From an uncultured Chloroflexia bacterium (lineage in GTDB: Bacteria; Chloroflexota; Anaerolineae; JAAYZQ01): a stretch of DNA of 64,000 nt. The translations under genes were made by a program, and so were the position numbers. Where the stretch lies: NCBI GenBank assembly GCA_963700285.1, contig CAVOXA010000010.1, positions 1,824,001-1,888,000 of the forward strand, given 5' to 3'. The notes under the pieces are model-generated. The model had not been told where the DNA came from. It did no database searches and saw nothing but the letters and a program-made list of their open reading frames with translations. This document shows, one piece after another, positions 30,270 through 40,074 of this stretch. Position 1 is the stretch's first letter; the number at the start of each line of letters is the position of its first letter.

Positions 30270-30530
30270 AGCGGGCCAACGCATTCGAATGGCGTGCTTT
30301 TGATGGCAGCCTGTTGTCTTGACGAAAGCGCCCAGGAGATGACCTTTCTCTTTTCTACTCGCCTGACCGTAGCGGGCCTGAAGCAGCCTGAGGAGGGTGC
30401 CGTCGACTTGACTCACGGGAAGGCTCCTTTCTTGGGTAGCATCTTCTCATGAATCATCGAACCAGCTACGGTAACGTTTATTCGCGAGTCGACAAACGCT
30501 CTTCAGCAATCTTCTTAGTGAGTCAAGTCG
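30270..30530 (-). mobile_element. IS remnant: transposase N-terminal fragment plus three subterminal repeats
   Basis: RYGQASRKEKGHLLGAFVKTTGCHQKHAIR resembles the N-terminus of integrase-core IS transposases; upstream are three GGTAAC..TGAGTCA-like units at 30435, 30470, 30505. Confidence 0.65.
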
Positions 30531-30820
30531 AAGTATTGACTCCTGCACGCTGTTTTGGTACAATTGATTCAGTCATCCCTGAACAACACTGCTCACAGTT
30601 CCTTGCAGCCTCATCGAGGATTGAACCGGTGACCAAGGTACTTGGTGCGCCACGGTCGCAGTCATCAAAGTATAGCACCCGTTCGCCGTCAAGGTGTGGT
30701 GGGTCTTATGCTTTGCCGAGATCCTAGCGTCAAGGTGAGCAGGGCTTCCGCCTGACAGGTCTCGTCCGCTCGTGCCATCCCACGCGCAGGTTCGCTGAAC
30801 CAGCAGGAGGAGGATCTGAG

Positions 30821-32124
30821 ATGAGACTCCGGAGACTTTTACAGTACGCCATCAGTATGGCAGGGATCCTGTCGCTCTTGGTTGGGTGCAGCGCCCCCGC
30901 AGTTGCCCCTGGGGCTGTTGCAGCGTCCTCAAAGGAGCGTATCTTCTCACCAGACACATCGAGCGCGGACCTGAGGGAATTGGCAGCCGGCAATAACGCT
31001 TTCGCCTTCGACCTATACCAGGCTTTGCGTGGCGGAGAGGAAAACCTCCTCTATTCGCCCTATAGCATATCCGTCGCAATGGCCATGGTCTATGCCGGCG
31101 CGCGCGGACAGACGGAACAGCAAATGGCCGATACGCTGCACTTCGAGCTGCCTCAGGAACGGCTGCATCCGGCCTTTAATTCCCTGGACCTCGAATTGGA
31201 CAGCCGCAGCCTCGCAAACACCCGGCTAGACATCGCCAACGCGCTCTGGGGACAGGCAGGGTACACCTTCCTGCGCGAGTACCTGGACCTGCTGGCGCTG
31301 AACTATGGTGCAGGCGTCAGGGTTGTCGACTTTCAGGCTGGCGCCCCTGCGGCGGCCGATGCCATCAACCAATGGGTCAGCCGGGAGACCGAAGGCCGCA
31401 TCCGAGACATTCTGGGACCAGACAGCCTTGGGTCGGACACAGTGCTCGTGCTGGTCGACGCCATCTACTTCGATGCCGACTGGAATTTGCCCTTTGACGA
31501 GGCACGCACCAGAGACGAGCCCTTCCACTTGCTGGACGGCGGTGAGGAGTGGGTGCCCTTGATGTACCAACAGAGCTATTTCTCCTATACAGAGGGCGAT
31601 GGCTATCAGGCGATCCAGTTGCTCTACGAGAACCGCAACCTTGCCATGGTCATCCTGCTACCCAGGAGGGCCAGTTCGGCGAGATCGAGGAGCGGCTGAC
31701 GGCCGACTGGGTGACGGCTGTGCTGAACAGTTTCGACTTGCATGACGTGAGACTAACCATGCCCAAGTTCGGCTTTGAGACACCTGTGCTGAACCTCGGG
31801 CAGATACTCGGAGCCATGGGCATGCCCGACGCGTTTTCAAAGCGCGATGCTGATTTTTCTGCGGTGGCCCGACTACAACCCGGCGAGGCCATCTACCTCA
31901 GCAAAGTATTGCACAAGGCCTTTATTGACGTCGCTGAGGAAGGGACAGAGGCTGCTGCAGCGGTGGTGGTCGTAGAGGAAGTCGAAATAGAGATAGAAGT
32001 TGCCCCAACGGAGCCGCCTCCCATAATCATGAAGATCGATAGACCGTTCATGTTTCTCATCCGTGACGTCAAGACGGGTACCATCCTCTTTGTTGGGCGC
32101 GTCATGAATCCAGCCAGTGAATAG
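30821..32124 (+). pseudogene. Serpin (lipoprotein) split by one frameshift near 31662
   Basis: Lipobox LVGC; NNAFAFDLY, SPYSI, INQWVS.ETEGRI, AIYF..DW..PF in ORF 30821; MPKF, HKAFIDVAEEGTEAAA, DRPFMFLIRD, ILFVGRV in ORF 31549; one missing C in a C run restores ILLP-QEGQF, so it may be a sequencing error. Confidence 0.88.
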
Positions 32125-32412
32125 GGGTTCTTTAGCAGGTTGAGGTATATCATGGCTGGAGCAACCTGTCCTGGCCGGATACTCCTAGTCAATCATCAGA
32201 CAGAAAGCCATGGCTCGCGGGATGTGCTGGTTTGTTCACAACGTCGTCACCCGCCACGCATGGTCACCCTGGAGGTCAGAGGTTACCTCGAACCCCAACA
32301 GAAGTGTAGTCTTGTTGCTATCCCCGCCCGTCTCCCCAGCCAATGAGACGCTATGCAAGCACAAGATGGGCAGTCAAGGCAAACTGATCTTTTGACTTGT
32401 GACCAGGTACAT

Positions 32413-32943
32413 GAGTGCACCTGCTCCAACAGCATGGTCAGCCGCTACCAGAAGCGAGTTCCTTCGGCTTCACTCAGGACAAGCTCTGGGCCGTTGTTAG
32501 ACCGCTTTGACATCCACATCGAGGTCCCCCGTGTGGAAGCCGGCTCAGAAGCCGGACGAAAAGCTCTCCGGCGACCGGTTGGGGGAGCCCTCGGCCCTGT
32601 TGTCGCCGAGAACAGGCGTCATCCAGGGGCGGGTGGAGGCGGCGCGAGCGCGACAGCGCCAACGATTTGAGGGGACGAGCTTGCTATCCAATGCCGACGC
32701 CCTTGCCAGGCAAGCGTTGGCGCGGCCGAGGTGCGCAACTTTTGCCAGGTAGACGAAGCCGGCCGGAATCTTCTGCGAGCGGCCATGCAGCAGCTCCACA
32801 TGAGCGCCCGGGCCTACAGCGAACTCTGGGTTCGCCGCATCCTCAAGCTGTCCCGGACGATTGCTGACCTGGCCGGCAGCGACGCCATCGAAACGGCGCA
32901 CCTGGCGGAGGCGATCCAGTACCGGCCGCGGCGGCAGGGCTGA
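32413..32943 (+). repeat. comM 3'-end copy 2 (direct repeat of 29262-29699) with five hairpin insertions
   Basis: Direct nucleotide alignment to comM; ends ...CAGTACCGGCCGCGGCGGCAGGGCTGA. Confidence 0.95.
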
Positions 32944-33003
32944 GGGCACGGAAACCTACACTGGCCGATATCTCTCTGACTGGATATACCGGGGGCAACA
33001 TAG

Positions 33004-34831
33004 GTGGACGATCAGGCTGTTGAGGCAAGACTGCGGCCCGGCTCGGAGCGGGTATTGGAGGCCGTAGCTTCCGGACGTTTCGCCGGATGGCTACCGTATT
33101 CCCTTCGGCTACAGGCCGAGCGGCTGGCCCTCGTCGCCGGCTTTGACGAGCTGGTCTGTCTGGATATGCTCAACTTTGCACCGTTTGACTATCAGATCCG
33201 AGCGGCCCAGATCGCGCTGCGCCGCTTCCGCGGCCGGGGCCTGCTGTGTGACGAGGTCGGCCTGGGCAAGACCATCGAGGCCGGCCTGGTGCTCAAAGAG
33301 TACCTGGTGCGCCAGATGGTCGGCCGCGTGCTGATCGTCACCCCGCCGGCGCTGGTTGAGCAGTGGCGAGAGGAGCTGAGCAGCAAGTTCGACCTGGCCG
33401 ACTTTGTCGACCAGCCACGATCCATCGTTCCGCGACCTGGGCCCGGAGGCGTGGGCCGCCTTTCCCCGCGTCATTGCCTCCCTGGCCACGGCTCGCCGTC
33501 CCGAACACCGCCGGGCGATCACCGACATCGTCTACGATCTGGTGATCGTGGACGAGGCACACCACCTGAAGAACCGCGCCAGTGTCTCCTGGAAGTTCGT
33601 CAACGCTCTCCAGAAAAAGTACATCCTGCTGCTCACGGCCACGCCGGTACAGAACAACCTGGACGAGCTGTACAATCTGATCACGATCCTCAAACCCGGC
33701 CAGCTCAAGACACCCCGCGAGTTCCGCCGCCAGTTCGTAGTGCGGGGCGACCCGCGGCTGCCCAAGAACCGGGGGCGGCTGCGCGAGCTGCTCGCCGACG
33801 TGATGGTGCGCCACGCGCGGGGACAGGTCGGTGTTCAACTCCCACCCCGCCGCGCCCACACCGTGCGCCTGCAATTGGCGGCCGGACGAACGGGCGCTCT
33901 ACGACGACGTGAGCCACTTTGTTCGACGCTGTATCGGCCTGTCGCCGGCCGCTGACAGCGGCCGGCCAGGTACCTGCCAACGGGCCGGAGGGGGCTGAAG
34001 CGGCGCTGCCGGCCGTCCACCGCTTCACCCTGCGCACGCTCCAACGGGAGATCGGCAGCTCTCCGGCCGCCGTCCGCCCGACCCTGCTGGCGCTGGCCGA
34101 GAAGCCGGCGCTGTCCTCCCAGCGCGAGGCGCTGCTGGGCCTGGCTGATCGCGCCGGCAGCCTCGCCTCCTGGACCAAGGGCCAGGCACTGGAGCGGCTC
34201 CTGCTCTCGAAACTGGCGGCCGACGGCCAGGAGAAGCTGATCATCTTCACCCACTTCCACGCCACTCTGGATCTGCTGGCAGACCTGCTGCGGGGAATGG
34301 GCGTGGACGTGGTGACTCTACCACGGCCGGCTCTCGCGAGCGGAGAAGGACGAGGCCATCCGCCGCTTCGAGCAAAGCGCCCAGGTGCTCCTCTCGACCG
34401 AGGCCGCCGGTGAGGGACGCAACCTTCAGTTCTGCCGCCTTGATGCTCAACTTTGACCTGCCCTGGAATCCGCAGCGCATCGAGCAGCGCGTCGGCCGCA
34501 TCCACCGCGTCGGCCAGACCCGCCCGGTGGAGATTTGGAACCTCTCGGCCGAGGGCACGATCGAGGACTATCTCCTGGAAGTGCTCGACCGCAAAGCTGA
34601 ACATGTTCGAACTGGTCATCGGCGAGATGGACATGATCCTGGGCCACCTGGAGGATGAGCGCGACTTTGAGGAGATCGTGCTGGATACCTGGGTCGCGGG
34701 CCCGAACGCCGGAGGAGGTGGCGGCTGGCTTTACCCGTCTGGGCGAGGCGTTGGCCCAGGCCCGGGATGCCTATCGGCGCACCCGCGAGTACGACGAGGC
34801 GTTGTTCGGAGAGGACTTGTCTACGCTATGA
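33004..34831 (+). pseudogene. SNF2-family helicase (YqhH-like), multiply frameshifted
   Basis: LCDEVGLGKTIEAG, VDEAHHLKN, LLTATPVQN, IIFTHF, LLSTEAAGEGRNLQF, NFDLPWNPQRIEQRVGRIHRVGQ spread over successive frames; start uncertain. Confidence 0.88.
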
Positions 34832-36649
34832 GTGAGCTGGCCGACTTTGTCGCTCAACGCTCTCCGCCAGGCAGGAGGTCTCGTCGATCCGCCGGCCTTT
34901 GATCAATACGACGTGCTTTTGCCTGAGGGGTCGCCCGCCGCTGGCAGGTGCCCGCCTTTCAGCGCCTGACCTTTGCCACCGAGACCCCGGAGGCCGGGAG
35001 CGACGGCGAACCGGTCACCGCCATAGGCTATGGCCACCCGCTGGTGGAGACGCCTGGTGGAGGAGATCCGCGCCGAGCCTGCCCGCATGCAGGCCTTTAT
35101 CAACAGCGTGCGGACCGACAAGCGCGGGCTGTTCTCGCTGGCCCGCCAGGCGCTGGCCTTCCCCAACGCCCGCCTCTCGCGAAGCGCCTCGCCAGAGCGA
35201 GGTCGTGGCGACCTGCCACTATGGCGCGCTTCAATTTCAAGGCCGCCCTGATCACCGATGAGAAGCGGGAGCAGTTGGTCTCGGTGGTGATGGACGTCCA
35301 GGCGGGTTTTGCCGTGCCCGAGCTGGCGCAATTGGAGCGGCTGGTGCGCCTGGAGGACGAGCCGGCGCCAGACTGGCACCTGCCTGCGCCGGTGCGCTGG
35401 CTGCCGGGGCAGACGCCCCTGAGCCGTCCGGTGCTGGACAGACTACTCGAGCGGGCCGTTGACGCTGCCATGCAGGAATTGGCAGCACCGTTGGGGGCAC
35501 TGCGCCATCGGGCTGCCCGCTACCTGGAACTGGATCGCGCCCGTCTCCACGAATATTACGACGACATCAGCCGTGACCTGAAGCGCCGCCTCGATCGCGC
35601 CGGCGACCTGCCTCAGGACCAGGCACAGCGCCGGGCTTCTCTGGAGGACAAGCTGGCCGCGACTGACGCAGAGCGGGAGGCCAAACTGGCCGACGTCGAG
35701 GCCAAGTATCGCCCAGAGGTGGAGCTGGAACTGATCAACCTCCAGGTAATCCACCAACCCAAGGTACTCCTGCCGGTGCACATTGGCACCCGCTCGACCA
35801 CCGTCGAGCGCACCGTCGTCTGGGACCCGCTGCTGCACCGCATTGAGCCGCTGGCATGCGACGTGTGCGGGCAGTCGGCGACGCGGCTGATGCTGTGCAG
35901 CGGTGGGCACCTGGCCCACGAGCACTGCCTGCTGCCTGAGCAGTGCGTAGATTGCAAGCGGGTCTACTGCCGCCTCTGCTCCGTTCGGATGGGCCGCTGT
36001 GCGGTATGCGAGCGCCCGGTGTGTGTCCCCAGCCTGAACCGCTGCGGTGAATGCGGACGGGCAACCTGTCGCGAACACGTCGGGCTGTGTCACGCCTCTG
36101 CCGGGCTCCCGGCACGCCCCTCTCCAACCCCTACCCCCGAGCCACCGAAGAAGGAGGAGGGGCTAGACATCCCACCCCCGGCTGCCCAGCCTGCGGTGAA
36201 GGAACAGCCCGTTGCGCCCAAGGGCAAGGCCCGCCAGACCGCCAGGCCCGCCCCGAAAACGAGACAGCGTCCCATCGCCAGGGCGCCGGCCAAGGTGACT
36301 CCCTCCAAGATCGAGGTGTACGTCGAATCTGAGGAGCCCGTGGTGAATGCTTTTGTGCTGACAAAGGGAGCCAAGCAGCTGGCGGTTCGCTCCTGGAAGT
36401 GGACCGGCCAGGCCATCGCGGTCACGTGCCTCTGCGAGTTGGGGTACGCTTGCCCGTTGAACGGGAGGCTGTTGGAGCCGGACAGATGCCGCCGGCGTCG
36501 AAGCGCAGATCAGGGCCCAGATCGAGGACCTGCGCCGGGACTATGGCATTTCCACGCGGCGGGTACTCTACTATGCTTTCGTCCATGGCGTGCCTCGGCA
36601 GGTACCACGCCTGACCCTCTCGGGCGAGTGGAAGGCGAAGCAGGAGTGA
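34828..36649 (+). pseudogene. YqhG-like partner protein with a Cys-rich (Zn-binding) C-terminal region, frameshifted
   Basis: ATGA overlap with the helicase stop; FNFKAALITDEKRE, RLHEYY..., coiled coil, then many CxxC pairs; reconstructed end GEWKAKQE* at 36649. Confidence 0.65.
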
Positions 36650-36738
36650 CCAGGCGTCGACCTTTGCCGAATTCCGTTGGCTCAAGCTCCGCCGCTACAT
36701 ATCGGGGTACCACGGGTGGAGGTTTAGTCACTGGCGGA

Positions 36739-37155
36739 CGACCGGCTGGGCGAGCCGTCGGTAGCGATCCGGGTGCGGGTAGAGGCGGCGCTGGAGCGCC
36801 AGCACCAGCGGTTTGAGGGTACGAGCCTGCTGTCAAATGCCGACGCGCTTACCAGGCAAGCGTCTGCGCGGCCGAGGTACGCAACTTTTGCCAGGTAGAC
36901 GATGTCGTGCCATACCCAGGCACGGGCGCCGGAACCTGCTGCGGGCGGCCATGCAGCAGCTCCACATGAGCGCCCGGGCCTACAACGAACTCTGGGTTCG
37001 CCGCATCCTCATGCTGTCCAGGACAATCGCCGACCCTTCGACAGACTCAGGGCAGGCCTGGCGGGCAGTGAGGGGATCGAGACGGCGCATCCTTCGACTT
37101 TGCTCAGGACAGGCCTGCGGAGGCGATCCAGTACCGGCCGCGACGGCAAACTTGA
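36739..37155 (+). repeat. comM 3'-end copy 3 (direct repeat of about 29381-29699) with five hairpin insertions
   Basis: Direct nucleotide alignment to comM; ends ...CAGTACCGGCCGCGACGGCAAACTTGA. Confidence 0.93.
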
Positions 37156-37277
37156 GACACAGGGAGAGATGTGGTGAATGAGCCTGAGCCGTTGATGCGA
37201 CTTTGGCAGTAAAACTTGGAGCAATTGGCACCACGGACCCGCCTGCTGTTGGTGTTGTCGATGGGCCGGCGTTTGCC

Positions 37278-37946
37278 TCAGTCGATGGGAATGACGTCGG
37301 CGTAGGCAAACCCACCCCGCTGCACGACCTCCCCAATCTCGACCTCAATGCGTTTCTCAAACATCGGCCCAGCAACAACGATGGTGTGAATCTCTCCGTT
37401 CTCTCCACACGGGTCAACTCCCGGGGGAAGCTCCTTCAGCAGGTCGCGTGACCACCGGCGGCCCGCGAAACTCGCTGGTAGCTTTTTGAGATCCACACTG
37501 CTGATGTATGCTTCCAGATCGGCGGCGAGCATCTGTTCGGCCAACTCGACAGTGGGGATCTGCCACAGTGGAAAGAGGGGCTCAATCCCACTACCCGCGA
37601 GCTGTCCCTCACGGTACCGACGCACGTCCTCAAGAAACAGGTCGCCGAACGCAATGCACTCCGTCCCCATGGCTGCAGCCCCGGCAACAAACTCGCCCAT
37701 GAGCTCATCGGATCGCTCGATCGTGCAGGGATCTGGTAGATTGATCGTATGGAGCGCCAGGCCAGCTGCCTCCGCTTGCCGAGAAAGCAGCTCTGTTCTT
37801 GTCGAGTGCATGGACACGCGGTTGTACCGCTCGTTCACTACGCTGAACAATCCAACAACATCAACTGTGGGATCCAGTCGCAGGACGTACAGTGCCCAGG
37901 CACTATCCTTGCCGCTACTCCAACTCAGTAACGTTTTCTTTCTCAT
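37278..37946 (-). CDS. PP-loop ATPase, diphthine-ammonia ligase/MJ0570-like
   Basis: SWSSGKDS, FGDLFLEDVRRYRE, FPLW, DPCGENGEIHT. Confidence 0.88.
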   Translation of the reverse strand: MRKKTLLSWSSGKDSAWALYVLRLDPTVDVVGLFSVVNERYNRVSMHSTRTELLSRQAEAAGLALHTINLPDPCTIERSDELMGEFVAGAAAMGTECIAFGDLFLEDVRRYREGQLAGSGIEPLFPLWQIPTVELAEQMLAADLEAYISSVDLKKLPASFAGRRWSRDLLKELPPGVDPCGENGEIHTIVVAGPMFEKRIEVEIGEVVQRGGFAYADVIPID

Positions 37947-38330
37947 GGTATTCTTTGTCGAACAGCCAAGCTCATCCACCAACACAGCTTGCCGCTAATC
38001 TATCCAGCAACGTGCCTCTTCACCACCAGCGTATCAAACAAGTGCTGAATCCCGCTGGGTGCGAGAATAAGGGCAGCACCTTCTCGCCGCAGCCTGATCA
38101 AGCCGCCTCCGTAGTCAACAGCCACCTGGTCGGTTGCCTGGATGGTGTCAAAGTCTTCACCGATCAGCAGATCGCTGACGCCGTTGGGGTACCGTGCCGT
38201 CCTGGCCTTGATGATAGGTCTCGCCCAGGAGGATCAGCCGAAAGTAGTCGAGGCAGTGCTCTGGGTTGACTGTAGTCAAAGGGATGGCGTGATCGGCTGC
38301 AGCTTGCTTCACAGGTGTTTCTCTCTGTGC

Positions 38331-39731
38331 TCATACGTGGAGCCTGCTCTCCCCCAGATAGTGATATAGATGCACTGCCCTCTCGATACCGAGCCCAAAG
38401 TGGTCCAGAAGCAGATACTCGTTGGGTGCGTGGCCGTTGTCGCCAACGCCAAGACCAAAGTCCAGCATGGGAATCCCCAGTTCGCTGTGCAGCATACCTA
38501 ATACCGGTATCGAACCCCCATGCCGGAACAGGACCGCCCGCTGTCCCCATGTCGCCTCGTATGCTCGCTGCAATGCCGCAAGGGCAGGACCCTCGCTAAG
38601 CAGCTCGGCTGGCTTGCTCCTATCCACAATCTCCACCCGGATCTCCAGCGTCGGGCACTCGAAACTCATAACAAAGTCGCGGAACTTCCGGGCGATGTCG
38701 TCGGGAGCCTGGTCGGGGACGATGCGCATGCTGGCTTTCAAACCGGCCATGGCAGGGATGATGGTCATCTGACCCTCATCTGTGTAGCCGCCGTAGACGC
38801 CGGTTACATCCAGTGTCGGCTGCATCGTCGCCCGCTCCAGCACCGAGAACTCTGGTACACCCCAGAATTCAGCCACCCCAGATTTCGCCTGGAAGGACGG
38901 GATGGCGATAGGTTCCCATGCCTTCAATTGCTCCAGGACAGATGGAGAACCCTGGCGAACGTCATCATAGTATCCTGGAATCTGAATCCGTCCTTCATCG
39001 TTGTGAAACGCGGCAATGATCTTGCCAACCATGTGCGCAGGATTGTGAACGATCCCGCCAAAGGATCCCGAATGCAGGTCCCGCCGGGGCCCGGTGATGA
39101 TGACGTCCCCCGCCACAATGCCGCGTGTCGATGTTGCACACAAGGGCTGATCGGGCAACGGACCGCCATCGGAGACGAGCAGCAGATCTGCCGCTAGGAG
39201 TTCCCTGTGCTCGGCGATGAAGGCTCCCATGCTCGGTGAGCCAGCTTCCTCCTCTCCCTCAAAGAACACTTTGACGTTGACGGGGAGTTCCCCCGCGGAT
39301 CCGAGCATCGCCTCCAATGCCTTCAAGTTGATATAGGCGCCGGCCTTGTCGTCTATCACCCCACGGGCATATAGCTTGTCGTCCCGGATCGCCGGCTCAA
39401 AGGGAGGGGACTCCCACAATTCAATGGGGCCGAAAGGTTGGACGTCGTAGTGCGCATACACCAACAGCGTTGGCTGATCAGGACCTGCTTCCAGCCACTC
39501 GCCGTAGGCCACGGGATGACCTTCACTCGGCAGTACCTGGGCGTTCCTTAGCCCGATTCTGGTCATCTCGGCCACCAGCCACTCTGCCGCACGCAACACA
39601 TCGCCTGTGTAGGCCGGATTGGTGCTGATAGAGGGGATGCGCAGCAGCTGTTTAAAATCTTCCAGAAATACCCCGTAATTCTCCTGAGCATAGGCAACTG
39701 CATGCTGAATCGTTTCTTTTTGCCCTGTCAT
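38331..39731 (-). CDS. M20 family dipeptidase
   Basis: YAHYDVQP, ARGVIDDK, EGEEEAGS, DLHSG, GGSIP, HAPNE; RBS before MTGQKE. Confidence 0.9.
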   Translation of the reverse strand: MTGQKETIQHAVAYAQENYGVFLEDFKQLLRIPSISTNPAYTGDVLRAAEWLVAEMTRIGLRNAQVLPSEGHPVAYGEWLEAGPDQPTLLVYAHYDVQPFGPIELWESPPFEPAIRDDKLYARGVIDDKAGAYINLKALEAMLGSAGELPVNVKVFFEGEEEAGSPSMGAFIAEHRELLAADLLLVSDGGPLPDQPLCATSTRGIVAGDVIITGPRRDLHSGSFGGIVHNPAHMVGKIIAAFHNDEGRIQIPGYYDDVRQGSPSVLEQLKAWEPIAIPSFQAKSGVAEFWGVPEFSVLERATMQPTLDVTGVYGGYTDEGQMTIIPAMAGLKASMRIVPDQAPDDIARKFRDFVMSFECPTLEIRVEIVDRSKPAELLSEGPALAALQRAYEATWGQRAVLFRHGGSIPVLGMLHSELGIPMLDFGLGVGDNGHAPNEYLLLDHFGLGIERAVHLYHYLGESRLHV

Positions 39732-40074
39732 GCTAAACTCCTCTCCGAAAATCATATACGCTCCCACTGTACAAAAATCACCGGCCCGCTTACGGCTGCA
39801 GGTTAGCGCAACAGCTTGACCTCTTGGAGCATCGGTCGCAGCCAACGACCTGGAATCGGTCATTGAACATCTCCCTGCCGTCGAGGTCCGTTGGTATTGT
39901 AATCTAGATTGTAGAAATGGACAAGGCTCGAACCCCGATCAAGGCCGACATGACATGCAGAATCAGGCCGCCTGCCAACTTCCAGTGGGTGCAGTCGGTT
40001 CTCGTTCGGCCCGGGCCAAGCCAAATCCAAGGTGATTTTACCAAGTCGGCCAGGTGCTAGCAGCCTTCGTCACT

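Noticed and set aside
30435-30530. CRISPR array (also 40138-40233)
   Set aside because: Only three degenerate units with about 10-bp spacers, no cas genes, and adjacent to transposase remnants; IS-end repeats fit better.
34948-36816. 622-aa ORF as one real protein running into comM copy 3
   Set aside because: Its N- and C-terminal portions are frameshift artefacts; the coherent reading starts at 34828 and ends at 36649.
29262-37155. Diversity-generating retroelement (TR/VR pair) explanation for the comM repeats
   Set aside because: No reverse transcriptase in the window; differences are not adenine-specific but mostly third-position substitutions and hairpin insertions.
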